IMG/VR virus record: IMGVR_UViG_3300027869_000002
Coordinates: 1 to 62,756 of that record
Length of the DNA stretch: 62,756 bases
Source: a virus
Taxonomy: Duplodnaviria > Caudoviricetes
Reading direction: 5' to 3' (one strand)
In this document: positions 1 through 9,055 of the stretch, one piece after another
Position numbering within the stretch: position 1 is the first letter of the stretch
Layout of the letters: every line of letters starts with the position of its first letter
Notes under the pieces: model-generated
Database searches by the model: none
What the model was told of the DNA's origin: nothing
The model's input: the letters and a program-made list of their open reading frames with translations, nothing else
Made by a program: the position numbers and the translations under genes

Positions 1-127
1 GATCAAGAAGGAGTTCACGGCCCTCGGCCGCCGCGCGCATCCGATGGCCATCATCCTGATGCAGTTCATCGACTCCCGCACCAGGTCTGCTCCCCTGCTC
101 TACAACGGCAAGCGACCCACCCACGCC
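1..127. repeat. Terminal direct repeat, identical to 62630..62756 (circular assembly overlap)
   Basis: gatcaagaaggagttcacgg...cccacccacgcc is identical at both ends; 127 nt is a common assembler k-mer; an ORF reads through the junction. Confidence 0.95.
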
Positions 128-1282
128 ACCATCCCGATGGTCGATTTCCAGCGCCTGACGGGCGCCTCCGATCGGACGATCAGCGCGCACCTTTCCAGAC
201 TCGAAAAGTGGCAATTCATCGAGCGTCAGATTTCGACCAATGGAACCCACAAGGGTGGGTATCGCACGCTCCCGCACAACTACCGCAAGCGGGAGATCCC
301 GCAACCCAAGCCGCACCGCGTCCGGACGAAGCCGCTCGAAGCGCACGTGAGCGGACCGAATTACCAGGCGGCTATGCGCGCGCCCGCGCGTGGCCAAGAG
401 GCGATTAAAGGGCAAAGTTTTCCGCTTCAGTTTTCCGTATCAGAGGCGATAATTGGGCGAAGAATTACCTTGGCACTAAGTGAACGCGGGGAACTGCCAT
501 CTATAGCTGAAATCAAAGAGATACAGGCTCTTGCCGAACAACAAGCCGCGCAGCCGGCTGCCGAATCGACCCTGGTGCGGGAAATTGCAGTAGCCGCCGG
601 CAGCAGCGGATTGCCGAACCGTGACAAGGAATTGCAGGTAAACCTGCAAGGGACAGCTGAAGTTCTGCCACTAGTAGGGGTAACTTCTGCAACCTGTTGC
701 CCATACGGATGGCTCTGCCCCGTATTTGACGGGCCTTCGGCGACGCCTCCTGTACAGAAACAGAAACAGAATCAGAGTGTGGGTGGGTGTGTTACAGGCG
801 AAGCCACCGAGGGCACCCACCCACCCACCTCCGAACCCGCTCTCCCCGCCACAACCCCGGAAGAGACGGAGCTCGAGGCGATAGCCGCAGCCATCCCGGA
901 GAAGCTGACGGAGAAATTGGTGAAGGTGCCGGACCGGGAGCTGCTGCTGTCTGTCCGGGCCGAATTAGCCGGGACCCCGCCTGAGTGGCTCACCCGCAAA
1001 ATCTACCAGCGGTTTCAGTCCATCACGTCTCTGGGGCTGCTGATCCGGCCGGACGGCGGACTGGCCGCGGACGCGCGCAAGGCGTATCAGAAATGGCTGG
1101 CGGAACATGCGCCGGCGCCCATCGCTAAACCGGCCGCGGTATCCACCTGCGATCAGTGCCACGGGTCAGGATTTCCCGGCTTGAACTGCAACAGCCTGGG
1201 CGAGGCTAAGCAATTTGTGGAATCCGGCGCCCGCCCGTGCACCTGTGAATTTGGAAAGTACTGGACGGCGATGCTCGAGTGA
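44..1282 (+). CDS. Putative replication initiator (N-terminal wHTH, C-terminal Cys cluster); true start 62529 across the circular junction
   Basis: wHTH-like segment (FQRLTGASDRTISAHLSRLEKWQFIER), low-complexity linker, C-terminal CDQC...CTC; in frame with ATG at 62529. Confidence 0.6.
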   Translation: MAIILMQFIDSRTRSAPLLYNGKRPTHATIPMVDFQRLTGASDRTISAHLSRLEKWQFIERQISTNGTHKGGYRTLPHNYRKREIPQPKPHRVRTKPLEAHVSGPNYQAAMRAPARGQEAIKGQSFPLQFSVSEAIIGRRITLALSERGELPSIAEIKEIQALAEQQAAQPAAESTLVREIAVAAGSSGLPNRDKELQVNLQGTAEVLPLVGVTSATCCPYGWLCPVFDGPSATPPVQKQKQNQSVGGCVTGEATEGTHPPTSEPALPATTPEETELEAIAAAIPEKLTEKLVKVPDRELLLSVRAELAGTPPEWLTRKIYQRFQSITSLGLLIRPDGGLAADARKAYQKWLAEHAPAPIAKPAAVSTCDQCHGSGFPGLNCNSLGEAKQFVESGARPCTCEFGKYWTAMLE

Positions 1283-1303
1283 TTTCAACGGGAGGGTAGA
1301 CCG

Positions 1304-1768
1304 GTGAACTGGCTACAATACGCGCTCCTCAAAGGCGGCTTCACCCCGCAGCAACTGGGGATGGCCGAGCAAATACCGGCGCCCGTCAAAAAACGGAACT
1401 ACTCCCACCAGGCGACTGAGAACCTTATGCATCGCGAGGCCCTCGCCATCGTTGTAGCCCAGGAATGCAAATCTCAAATCACACCGGCCGAGGCTGTCGT
1501 AGCGGGAGAGGTGGAGAGACAGGCGATACGTTCGGCCGCCAGGCGCGCGCCTGAGCCGCCACGTCCGGCGCCGCCCGTCATTGCGAACGCCGCGGAGCTG
1601 GTGCGTGACTTCGTGGATACGCTGCCCGTCGCCGGGCCGCCGGTATATCAGGCTCCCCTGGATGATGACGGCATTCGGTGGCGCTCGATCGTAGTGAAGC
1701 CGGACCCACCCCGCAAGTCCGCGCAGATGGAGTTATTCAGTGACCCCGAAATCCGGAGGGTGAAGTGA
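1304..1768 (+). CDS. Hypothetical protein
   Basis: GGAGG RBS upstream; stop overlaps next start (GTGA). Confidence 0.65.
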   Translation: MNWLQYALLKGGFTPQQLGMAEQIPAPVKKRNYSHQATENLMHREALAIVVAQECKSQITPAEAVVAGEVERQAIRSAARRAPEPPRPAPPVIANAAELVRDFVDTLPVAGPPVYQAPLDDDGIRWRSIVVKPDPPRKSAQMELFSDPEIRRVK

Positions 1769-2022
1769 CGCTCGACACGTTAGCCCAAGTCTCCGAGGCG
1801 CGCCTGTACCTGCGCTGGGCAGCGCGATCGCTGAGCCCACTCGAACTTCTCGCAATTGAGATGTGGCTGGCCGGCACCGACGAATATGAAGCGGCACGCG
1901 CCATGCGAAGAAGCCGCGCAACATTCTGGGCCGCCCGGCAGCGCGCGCTCCCTAAAATGCGCCGAGTACTCCGGCGCATGGGACTGACCGCCACCCACCA
2001 GGTGATTGGAGGCCGCGAATGA
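1765..2022 (+). CDS. Sigma-70 region-4-like HTH protein
   Basis: LSPLELLAIEMW...EYEAARAMRRSRAT...RQRALPKMR pattern; coupled to neighbours. Confidence 0.55.
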   Translation: MTLDTLAQVSEARLYLRWAARSLSPLELLAIEMWLAGTDEYEAARAMRRSRATFWAARQRALPKMRRVLRRMGLTATHQVIGGRE

Positions 2023-2213
2023 AACTTGTGCTGGGTGCCGTGGCTGTCTGGGCTTGCGGCTTTCTCGCCGGCCGCGCCGTTCCGTGGCTGCGATACGGGC
2101 CGCTTCGCCGGCACGTGGTCAGGTTCTGCAACTCACTGGAGCACGGCTCGTGGTTGCAGGAGCGAATTCTCGACTGGCTCTATCCGGGAAATTGCGAGGT
2201 AACTTTCAAATGA
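2019..2213 (+). CDS. Small membrane protein
   Basis: N-terminal hydrophobic helix; ATGA overlaps at both ends. Confidence 0.55.
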   Translation: MKLVLGAVAVWACGFLAGRAVPWLRYGPLRRHVVRFCNSLEHGSWLQERILDWLYPGNCEVTFK

Positions 2214-2491
2214 ACCGCCAGGAACTGGAACGCCGCCGCTACGCCGCCCTCCGCGAACTACACGCGCGCCTGTTCGCGGAAGCCAACCGCCGCGACGCCC
2301 TGATCCGGGAGCTCGCCGCGAAATACCGCGTGGCCCGCCAAACCATCCGCGCCTGGCTGCGCCGCGAAACTGCAGGCACGCTCGCCAGCACCAAAGCCAC
2401 CGGGAGGCCGCGCGGAAGCGTGAGAGCAGCGTTTCGGGCGGCGTCCGCTAATGATCAGCTTCCAGGCGGGTGGGACCCATGGGGTGTGTGA
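2210..2491 (+). CDS. HTH DNA-binding protein
   Basis: IRELAAKYRVARQTIRAWLRR...TGRPR; start reassigned to ATG 2210, which overlaps the upstream stop. Confidence 0.6.
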   Translation: MNRQELERRRYAALRELHARLFAEANRRDALIRELAAKYRVARQTIRAWLRRETAGTLASTKATGRPRGSVRAAFRAASANDQLPGGWDPWGV

Positions 2492-3066
2492 TGCCCCGAG
2501 ATCCTCAGCGCTTCCAAAAACTGATGCTGGCGGCCCTGGCGAAACCGCACGGCGTGCGCGCGCGTTATGTGGCCGGCTGCCGGTGCGATCTCTGCCGCGC
2601 GGCCACAAACGCCTACGAAAAGCGGCGCAACAAACTGCGCAACACCTTCGACTATAACGGCCTGGTGCCGGCGACGACGGCGCGGGAATATTTGCGGCGA
2701 CTCTCCCGTCAGGGGATCGGCAGGCATTCCGTGTCCGCAGTCACCGGCATCTCCGACACGATCCTCTACGGCATCATCACCGGCGAGCGCCCAAATTGCC
2801 GCGCGCGGACTGAGCGCCGGATACTGGCCGTCGAGCCAACCCTGGCCCGCGCGGGGCACTCACTGGTTTCAGGCCGCGAAACCTGGCACAAGCTCGATCA
2901 GCTCATCAGGGATGGATGGACGAAGACTTTCCTCGCGGCGCAGCTCGGCAAGAAGGGCAACCCACCGGCGCTTCAGCTCCGGAGGGACCGAATCACCTGG
3001 CAGAATGCCGTGGCTGTTGAGAAACTCTGGACGCTGATTAACGCGGGAAGGGTGAGGCGTCCCTGA
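2491..3066 (+). CDS. Zn-binding/HTH DNA-binding protein
   Basis: HG..ARY..GCRC..C motif followed by an HTH (IGRHSVSAVTGISDTILYGI); TGATG coupling. Confidence 0.65.
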   Translation: MPRDPQRFQKLMLAALAKPHGVRARYVAGCRCDLCRAATNAYEKRRNKLRNTFDYNGLVPATTAREYLRRLSRQGIGRHSVSAVTGISDTILYGIITGERPNCRARTERRILAVEPTLARAGHSLVSGRETWHKLDQLIRDGWTKTFLAAQLGKKGNPPALQLRRDRITWQNAVAVEKLWTLINAGRVRRP

Positions 3067-3332
3067 TGCCCTGCCACCACGTAACACTCCCCGGCGGAGC
3101 CCACGCCATCGTCCGGACCGCGAGCCCACGCGCGCGCGCCTGCTCCGTCTGCCAGATCAAGGTCCGCGATTACAAGCTATGTGACTGGCCAATCGGTGGA
3201 GTCATTCGGCGAGGCCTGCAGGAAATCCCGCGCACCTGTGATGCCGTGCTGTGCCGGATCCACGCCACACACATAGAGCCGGACACCGACTACTGCCCGC
3301 TGCACGCCGCGGCCGGAAAGCTGAAGCTCTGA
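3066..3332 (+). CDS. Cys/His-rich (Zn-finger) protein
   Basis: CSVC, LCD, TCD..LC..H, YCPLH. Confidence 0.65.
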   Translation: MPCHHVTLPGGAHAIVRTASPRARACSVCQIKVRDYKLCDWPIGGVIRRGLQEIPRTCDAVLCRIHATHIEPDTDYCPLHAAAGKLKL

Positions 3333-3333
3333 C

Positions 3334-3666
3334 ATGCCCATCCGGCCAGAGAACCGAAAATTCTACGGCTGGCACTGGCGCCGCCACGTCCGTCCGCCCG
3401 CCCTGGTCGCGATCGGCGCTGACCCGAAAACCAGCATAGGGAAATGCCAGGCCTGCTGGAAGATCAAGAAGCTGGACGTGGCCCACCGCGATCGCGTGGC
3501 CGGCCATGACGACCCGTCGAACCTGGTCTGTCTTTGCAAACCGTGCCACAACCGGTACGATGCCGCGGTGCGCGAGCGGAAGTCGAGGCGCACGCGCATC
3601 CGCCGCAAGGATGCGGCGCGGCCCATACTCGCGTTGATACAAGGAGAAGTCGATGCAAGAGCCTAA
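3334..3666 (+). CDS. HNH endonuclease
   Basis: CQAC...LDVAHRD...DDPSNLVCLCKPCHNRYD. Confidence 0.8.
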   Translation: MPIRPENRKFYGWHWRRHVRPPALVAIGADPKTSIGKCQACWKIKKLDVAHRDRVAGHDDPSNLVCLCKPCHNRYDAAVRERKSRRTRIRRKDAARPILALIQGEVDARA

Positions 3667-4117
3667 AACGTCGATCGATAAATCGAACTGGCCGCGCGGC
3701 CCGTGGGACGACGAACCCGACCGCGTGGAATTCGAACATGCCGGGCTGCCCTGCCTCATGATCCGGCACCCGAGACATGGAAACTATTGCGGCTATGCGG
3801 CGGTCCCGCCAGGGCACCCGCTACACGGCAAGGATTACGACACCCCGGAAGTGGATGTGCACGGCGGCCTCACCTATGCGGACAAGTGCCAGGGTGACAT
3901 TTGCCACGTGCCCAAGCCCGGAGAGCCCGAGGACGTATGGTGGTTCGGCTTTGACTGCGCGCACGGCGGGGATCGCGCGCCGGGACTGGAGGCTGATCTC
4001 CGAGAGGCCGGGATACCCCGGTTGAGCGATTACGGGGAAGTATATCGCGATCTCTCTTACGTGCGGGCCGAAACCGAAAAGCTGGCCGAACAACTAGCGA
4101 GGGTTTCCCATGCCTGA
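3653..4117 (+). CDS. Phage hypothetical protein
   Basis: GPWDDEPD...CGY...VHGGLTY...WWFGFDCAH motifs, typical of a widespread phage family. Confidence 0.75.
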   Translation: MQEPKTSIDKSNWPRGPWDDEPDRVEFEHAGLPCLMIRHPRHGNYCGYAAVPPGHPLHGKDYDTPEVDVHGGLTYADKCQGDICHVPKPGEPEDVWWFGFDCAHGGDRAPGLEADLREAGIPRLSDYGEVYRDLSYVRAETEKLAEQLARVSHA

Positions 4118-4322
4118 CAGCGACGCCGAGGATTATAACGGCCGCGAAGTGGATCCGGATTACCTGGTGAACCTGCGCAAGTTCATGAGACGCGGCTTGG
4201 GCGCCCAGCTCGCAATAGATAAAGCGCTGCGCGACGTCAATAGCTACGTCGAACGCGTGAAGCGGAAAGACGCCGAGAGCCTCATGCCCCCGGAGGATGA
4301 CCTGGAGCGGGGGCGGCGATGA
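4110..4322 (+). CDS. Hypothetical protein
   Basis: Overlap-coupled in the early operon. Confidence 0.6.
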   Translation: MPDSDAEDYNGREVDPDYLVNLRKFMRRGLGAQLAIDKALRDVNSYVERVKRKDAESLMPPEDDLERGRR

Positions 4323-4489
4323 GTCTCACGGTAGTGTGTGACGGCTGCGGGTTGAGATTTCCAATTGCCCTAGCCGACGTCCTGCATTGGTGGTGGACGG
4401 GAAGAACGATGGCCGAGTGCCGGGAGTATCGCAAATACGTCGCCGATCTGATAGCGGAGAACCTGCCGAACCTGGAGCACAGGTTATGA
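4319..4489 (+). CDS. 56-aa hypothetical protein (MSLTVVCDGCG...), absent from the ORF track
   Basis: ATGA overlaps at both ends; translated by hand. Confidence 0.55.
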   Translation: MSLTVVCDGCGLRFPIALADVLHWWWTGRTMAECREYRKYVADLIAENLPNLEHRL

Positions 4490-4599
4490 GACTGACCATC
4501 GACCTGATTGTCATCTTCCTGTCCTGCGTCGGCATCTGGATTCTGGGATATAAGACCGGACGCATCGCCCAGCGCAGGGCTGACAGGGAGCGGAAATGA
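4486..4599 (+). CDS. Small membrane protein (MRLTIDLIVIFLSCVGIWILG...)
   Basis: One TM helix; ATGA coupling. Confidence 0.5.
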   Translation: MRLTIDLIVIFLSCVGIWILGYKTGRIAQRRADRERK

Positions 4600-4832
4600 G
4601 CGACGACCCGAAACAGCACATCGAGGTTCAGGTCACCGACAGCACTGAATTCCATTGCTTCCGCGTGATCTTTTGGGCCGCCCTTGAACCCGGAGCCCAG
4701 AGGCACAAAATCGAGATCATGCTCCACGCCACGCAACTGGTTGACCTGCTGCACAAGGGATCGCAAGCCCTGGGTGAGTGGCAGTGTCAGACCACCGACT
4801 ACCTGCTCAAGCGGTTGGGCGTAGAGAGATGA
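4596..4832 (+). CDS. Hypothetical protein
   Basis: ATGA coupling, GGAG RBS. Confidence 0.6.
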   Translation: MSDDPKQHIEVQVTDSTEFHCFRVIFWAALEPGAQRHKIEIMLHATQLVDLLHKGSQALGEWQCQTTDYLLKRLGVER

Positions 4833-4850
4833 ATTTCTGGAGGGACTTCC

Positions 4851-5138
4851 ATGAAACACTTCGCATTCTTCAAACGCGCAATCCCCATCGCCGCCCTGCT
4901 GTTCGTGTGGTGGCTGCAATACCAGCAGTCCGAGACGTGGCGACACCAGGCCATGCGGGACGAAGTGGAGCTCCGCGAAGCGGACCGCGCGGCATCCAGG
5001 GCGCAGGCGGCGATCGACGAAGCCGGGCGTGAGGTGTCCGAGGCGCGCGCCGCTATCGACGAGGCGTACGCCACCTGCCGGACTTCACCGCTCAAAACTT
5101 TACAGGGTGCGTCAAATTTTACGGAGGCGCGCCGGTGA
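4851..5138 (+). CDS. Membrane-anchored coiled-coil protein
   Basis: GGAGG RBS, TM helix then coiled coil with an internal AAIDEA repeat. Confidence 0.6.
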   Translation: MKHFAFFKRAIPIAALLFVWWLQYQQSETWRHQAMRDEVELREADRAASRAQAAIDEAGREVSEARAAIDEAYATCRTSPLKTLQGASNFTEARR

Positions 5139-5305
5139 TGTGGGTGGGTGCGGCCGTGGCGTGCTGCGTGTCGTTTGCCCTCGGCTATTGCTTCAAGCTG
5201 CGTGTGCACGAGACGCTGCGCAGGCCGCGAGACACCCGCGAGTTGAAGCACTCCGTTGACCGGTGGGAGCGGAGTCACCCAACACGCGAGGATAGCCAGC
5301 TGTGA
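5138..5305 (+). CDS. 55-aa membrane protein (MWVGAAVACCVSFALGY...), absent from the ORF track
   Basis: TGATG and GTGA overlaps; translated by hand. Confidence 0.5.
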   Translation: MWVGAAVACCVSFALGYCFKLRVHETLRRPRDTRELKHSVDRWERSHPTREDSQL

Positions 5306-5490
5306 GCAACGAGCTGCTGTACTGGATCGCCCTGAAAGCCATCGCAAAGAGCGATAGCCCGGAATGGCTGCGGAAGCACAGCGAGAAAGCGTACGGCCTT
5401 TCATACCACGAAGCGTTGGAGATGGCCTACGAAAATTTGCAAGCGCTCGCCATCAATGCCACGTACAAAAAACGAAAGCCAAGCTTCTGA
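5302..5490 (+). CDS. Hypothetical protein
   Basis: Coupled start; protein-like composition (SEKAYGLSYHEALEMAYEN). Confidence 0.65.
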   Translation: MSNELLYWIALKAIAKSDSPEWLRKHSEKAYGLSYHEALEMAYENLQALAINATYKKRKPSF

Positions 5491-5512
5491 TGACCAGGGA
5501 GAAGGCGCACCA

Positions 5513-5701
5513 ATGATCACGGTCGTTATCACCGAGAGAGCCGACGGCAAGATGGATCTCCGGATCGAGCCGCCCCTTATCAGTGCGCTGGAATACACGA
5601 AAGAGCAACTCACCGCGGCATACCTCTGCTATTGCGCGGAGAAAATGACTGTCAATCTGGTGGGCTCCTGCCGCCTGGGAACGGAGCCGCCTACGCAATG
5701 A
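5513..5701 (+). CDS. Hypothetical protein (MITVVITE...)
   Basis: GGAG RBS upstream of ATG 5513. Confidence 0.5.
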   Translation: MITVVITERADGKMDLRIEPPLISALEYTKEQLTAAYLCYCAEKMTVNLVGSCRLGTEPPTQ

Positions 5702-5952
5702 AACGCCGCGCCACATCCGCCGAGGGGGACCGCTTCATCGACCAGCTTTTCTATGACCGCCTGCAGCGGAAGCAGCGCAATAGCGTTCCGGTGGGCGAAC
5801 TGGAGGCCGAGTTTCCACCAGGCTGGATCGAATCCACCACGCACCTGCGGCCCGCGCCTCAAAGTGCCGGAGCCTGCCAGTGCCCCATGTGCGCACGGGA
5901 CCGCTGGCTGCGACGGGTGCGGGCTGAACGCACCCAGGCCGCGGCAGGTTGA
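5698..5952 (+). CDS. Hypothetical protein with CxCxxC
   Basis: ATGA coupling; CQCPMC. Confidence 0.5.
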   Translation: MKRRATSAEGDRFIDQLFYDRLQRKQRNSVPVGELEAEFPPGWIESTTHLRPAPQSAGACQCPMCARDRWLRRVRAERTQAAAG

Positions 5953-6164
5953 GGTGTGTGGGTTTGATCGTAAGCCGATTTATGCAGCCTATGGACGATA
6001 ATCTCGAAGGCGAGAAGGAAGCACCCGATAAATCTGCGCTGTATGCCCAGGCCTGCCGGGATGCCCACTTCATCACGGATCGGCTTCGCGGGCTGCCATG
6101 GGCCGAAGGACGCCGGGTGCTGCTGGGAAAGCTGGAGATGGCGGCCACCGAGCTACTCGAATAG
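5949..6164 (+). CDS. Hypothetical protein
   Basis: In operon; start uncertain. Confidence 0.45.
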   Translation: MRCVGLIVSRFMQPMDDNLEGEKEAPDKSALYAQACRDAHFITDRLRGLPWAEGRRVLLGKLEMAATELLE

Positions 6165-6212
6165 ATCAAGGCATTGAAGGACGCCGAAAAACTCTGAAAA
6201 AGGAGGGAAGGT

Positions 6213-6407
6213 ATGGCAGGACAGCCGGGATCGAAGGCCGAGCGGGCTTTCGCTCTCTACACTGAGATGACCGCGGCGGAACGGAGCGAGTACGCGCTGC
6301 TGTGCCGCGGATACGACGCGGCGAAAGAGACGAAGAAGCAGCCGAAAGCCTCACCCGCGCGCGCGAGAGCGGTAGGTGTTGGAAAGGAGGTGGGCGAATC
6401 AGGGTAA
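6213..6407 (+). CDS. Hypothetical protein
   Basis: Strong AGGAGG RBS. Confidence 0.6.
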   Translation: MAGQPGSKAERAFALYTEMTAAERSEYALLCRGYDAAKETKKQPKASPARARAVGVGKEVGESG

Positions 6408-6437
6408 AAATCAACTAGCCAGGTACATGGGAAGGGG

Positions 6438-6477
6438 ACGGCGGGCGGTCGCGAGGCAGCCCGCCGTTTTCCGTTTT
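6438..6477 (+). terminator. Rho-independent terminator of the early operon
   Basis: acggcgggc...gcccgccgt stem followed by T runs, between convergent genes. Confidence 0.7.
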
Positions 6478-6480
6478 AGC

Positions 6481-7416
6481 CTAGACGTGCATGCTGGCGC
6501 GGATCGCCTGGGTGTCCGCATAGATCTGCGCGAGCGCCGCGGAGTCACCGGTAGCGGGTTGTGCCGGCAGCGCCGGGGGCTGGACATCCGTCCGCAGGAT
6601 AATCCATTGCATCGATGTGCCGGGGAACGGCTTACTGCCGGGCTGCAGGCCGGGGATGGCGTTCGCGATCACCTCGTTCGGAAGCGTCGCGCGAATGGGC
6701 GTCGGCCAGGTGGCTTCGTTCGGTGGCGCCTGGTCGGGCGGGCGGTCGAAGACCCATTGCGGATTCGGTCCCACCAGGATGAAGTGGCCGGGGGCGCCGT
6801 CGCCCTGGGACTTGGACGCCAGGATCAGCGCCTGGGCCAAGAACGTGTTGCCGGCAATCTGGATGTACCACTGCCGCGTGGGGACCTGCCCGTAGTTGAG
6901 GCGATACAGATTGCTCACCAGCTGGACGACGGTAGCTGTCTGGCCGGGATACAGCGCCTGAATCTGCGCGGCCATGGCTTGCGCGTCCGCCAATAGACAC
7001 ATCTGATTGGGATCCGCCGGCACGGTTCCTCCGCCCAGTAGCCACGTGAGGGTTGCATCGGTGGCCGGGGAAGTGTACGGCTCATAGAAGGCGCTCGGGT
7101 AGTTGATCGAGGTAGCCTCATCGATCGACATCGTGATCGTGCTCTCTACCCCCAGGCCGCCCGTGCCGGCTTTCGCTACGGCCGCATTTGCCGCAAGCGC
7201 CGGATCGAACACGTTGAACGTGAGATTTCCGTTTTTGTCTGCGTTGGCCGCCGCGTAGGCAGCGCTCACTGTCCACAGCTTCAGATTTCGGCTGGTACGG
7301 TATTTGTCTTGCGGGACGCCTTTGGCTTTCGCGTCGGCCGCGGAGAGGTACGCGGTAATGTTCGGATCGTCAAGGGTCGGGTGGATGGGATACCACCAGG
7401 TCGATGGTTGCGTCAT
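6481..7416 (-). CDS. Hypothetical protein (311 aa, MTQPSTWWYP...)
   Basis: GGAGG RBS before ATG 7416; Ala/Thr/Pro-rich, virion-protein-like composition. Confidence 0.7.
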   Translation of the reverse strand: MTQPSTWWYPIHPTLDDPNITAYLSAADAKAKGVPQDKYRTSRNLKLWTVSAAYAAANADKNGNLTFNVFDPALAANAAVAKAGTGGLGVESTITMSIDEATSINYPSAFYEPYTSPATDATLTWLLGGGTVPADPNQMCLLADAQAMAAQIQALYPGQTATVVQLVSNLYRLNYGQVPTRQWYIQIAGNTFLAQALILASKSQGDGAPGHFILVGPNPQWVFDRPPDQAPPNEATWPTPIRATLPNEVIANAIPGLQPGSKPFPGTSMQWIILRTDVQPPALPAQPATGDSAALAQIYADTQAIRASMHV

Positions 7417-7510
7417 AGATTGGCCTCCTGCCTCCCGTATGGTATTCCCATTCCGATGTGGCCGGAGGGTTTCGGGAACTCGCGCTAGTACTCTTCTACC
7501 CAGATTTGCA

Positions 7511-7539
7511 TTGACAATAAAACAGCTATAAGCGATACT
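7511..7539 (+). promoter_or_regulatory. Sigma-70 promoter
   Basis: TTGACA-17 nt-GATACT upstream of 7589. Confidence 0.7.
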
Positions 7540-7588
7540 GGGAGTGTAAGCAAGGCCCGCATCCACGGGCCGCAAACAGGAGATACGA

Positions 7589-7795
7589 ATGCCCACAAAA
7601 GAGACCCTCAGCACGCGCGTGAAGCGCCTGGAAGAATCCCAGATCAGGCTGGACAACGCCATGGCTCACCTGGCCGAAGTCCAGGCGCAGGATCAGACCG
7701 AAGCCCGCGAGCGCGAAAAGCGCATCGACGATCGCATTGAAAAGCTGGTGCTGGCCATTGCCGAGCTCGTCCGCCGCCAGAACGGGAAAAGCTAG
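7589..7795 (+). CDS. Coiled-coil protein, paralog 1
   Basis: AGGAG RBS; similar to the next gene. Confidence 0.75.
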   Translation: MPTKETLSTRVKRLEESQIRLDNAMAHLAEVQAQDQTEAREREKRIDDRIEKLVLAIAELVRRQNGKS

Positions 7796-7803
7796 GAGAT
7801 ACG

Positions 7804-8064
7804 ATGGCAACCAAAGACACCCTCAACGTACGTGTCACCCGCCTGGAAACCGAGATGGCCCTCCTGGTCAAAACCGTGCGGAAGCTGCGCATCGAATCGA
7901 ACGAACGCGAGAAGCGCATGGACAAACGGTTCGACGCCATGAATGCTCAAATCTTCCAGCTGCACATCGAATCGGACAAGCGCGAAAAGCGCATGGACGA
8001 GCGGATCGGTAGCCTGGTATCCGCCATCGGCGAATTCATCCGCCACCGGAACGGCAAAACTTAA
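7804..8064 (+). CDS. Coiled-coil protein, paralog 2
   Basis: Same aggagatacg RBS context; shared TK.TL..RV.RLE and REKR.D.RI..LV.AI.E..R..NGK. Confidence 0.75.
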   Translation: MATKDTLNVRVTRLETEMALLVKTVRKLRIESNEREKRMDKRFDAMNAQIFQLHIESDKREKRMDERIGSLVSAIGEFIRHRNGKT

Positions 8065-8156
8065 AAAAGCTCCGCTGCGATGCAGTATCTCCGCGCAGGC
8101 GGGGCGTCCGGAGGGAAACCGGGTGCGGGTACGTAACCCCGCGAAAGGATCTTCCC

Positions 8157-8336
8157 ATGCGCACTCTCACCACCCGACAGGCCCGCCAGATGGCCGCCCA
8201 GCGCAAGCGCTACGGCGCCGGCAGCGGCCGCCCGCCAGGCGCGCTCAGCGATAAGCCGCGCTGCCCCTGCGGGGTGATGACGCGCGATCGCGCGCGCAAG
8301 CGCCGGCACGTGTGCGAGGCTGTGGCTGTCGGATAA
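8157..8336 (+). CDS. 59-aa basic protein (MRTLTTRQARQMAAQRKRYGAGSGRPP...CPC...C), absent from the ORF track
   Basis: AAGGA RBS; GRPP AT-hook-like motif and Cys/His cluster. Confidence 0.5.
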   Translation: MRTLTTRQARQMAAQRKRYGAGSGRPPGALSDKPRCPCGVMTRDRARKRRHVCEAVAVG

Positions 8337-8344
8337 GATGAATG

Positions 8345-8505
8345 GCGGTAGCGTACCGTTGAGTGGCCTGGGGAGCGAAGACCAACAGCGGGTTGTGATT
8401 GAAGGGTCCTCGAAAGGGATCCTGGGAAAGTTACTGCCGAGCCCCCACTCAGCCTGATGTGTTCGTTCGCTCCCCCAAATTCCAAATCTTTGATGTTGCT
8501 GCCGC
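8345..8505 (+). ncRNA. Putative structured non-coding RNA (rod with central bubble)
   Basis: Nested complementarity gcggtagc/gctgccgc, ggggagcgaa/ttcgctcccc, cgggttg/cagcctg in an ORF-free gap. Confidence 0.4.
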
Positions 8506-8537
8506 GCCGGTCAGGCCTGCCCGGCGCTAGTAAAACC

Positions 8538-8810
8538 TCACTGCCCCTTCAATCGCTGCTGACCAGGTAATAGAACCGATTTTCCAGGCGGCTCCGGGTT
8601 TACAACACACCCATGCCGTTCCAGGACTGAGGCGCGATATTCGTCATAGGTAGCCTCGCGCAAAATGAACAGGGGCGGCGGGGGAAATATTGGGCAATCC
8701 TCGGGGCGCAGCGTCAGTACTGAATCGCGCGGGCAAAGTGGACAGCCAGGTCCGCAGACGGTCCCGATGGGGTGCGGAGCGGCGAAGCTGATAATAATTT
8801 CTCCAATCAC
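8538..8810 (-). CDS. Hypothetical protein
   Basis: Coupled to upstream gene. Confidence 0.45.
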   Translation of the reverse strand: MIGEIIISFAAPHPIGTVCGPGCPLCPRDSVLTLRPEDCPIFPPPPLFILREATYDEYRASVLERHGCVVNPEPPGKSVLLPGQQRLKGQ

Positions 8811-9055
8811 GGCAGGTCCACCTTGATCGGCAGCACCATCCCGCGCGGGTCGGTACCGAAGCGGACGAATCGTTGCAGCGGGTCCGGCTCATCCAGAAAT
8901 TCCATCTCGATCATGTGCGGGCCGTCTTTCAGCGCCTCCGCGTGACGATCCGCGAGCATCGCGATAGCCATGTCCTCGGCGCCGTCGTCGATCGCCACCA
9001 TGTCGGTGAACTGCAGCACGCCGTCCTTATAGCCGCGAATCGCGAGGTTGATCAC
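8807..9055 (-). CDS. Hypothetical protein
   Basis: GTGA coupling, GGAGG RBS. Confidence 0.65.
   Translation of the reverse strand: MINLAIRGYKDGVLQFTDMVAIDDGAEDMAIAMLADRHAEALKDGPHMIEMEFLDEPDPLQRFVRFGTDPRGMVLPIKVDLP

Noticed and set aside
1-127. Biological terminal repeat
   Set aside because: Length matches an assembler k-mer and it falls mid-gene, far from the terminase; it only indicates circularity
8524-8532. Third gcgctagta operator copy
   Set aside because: Forms the arm of a hairpin between convergent genes with no promoter nearby
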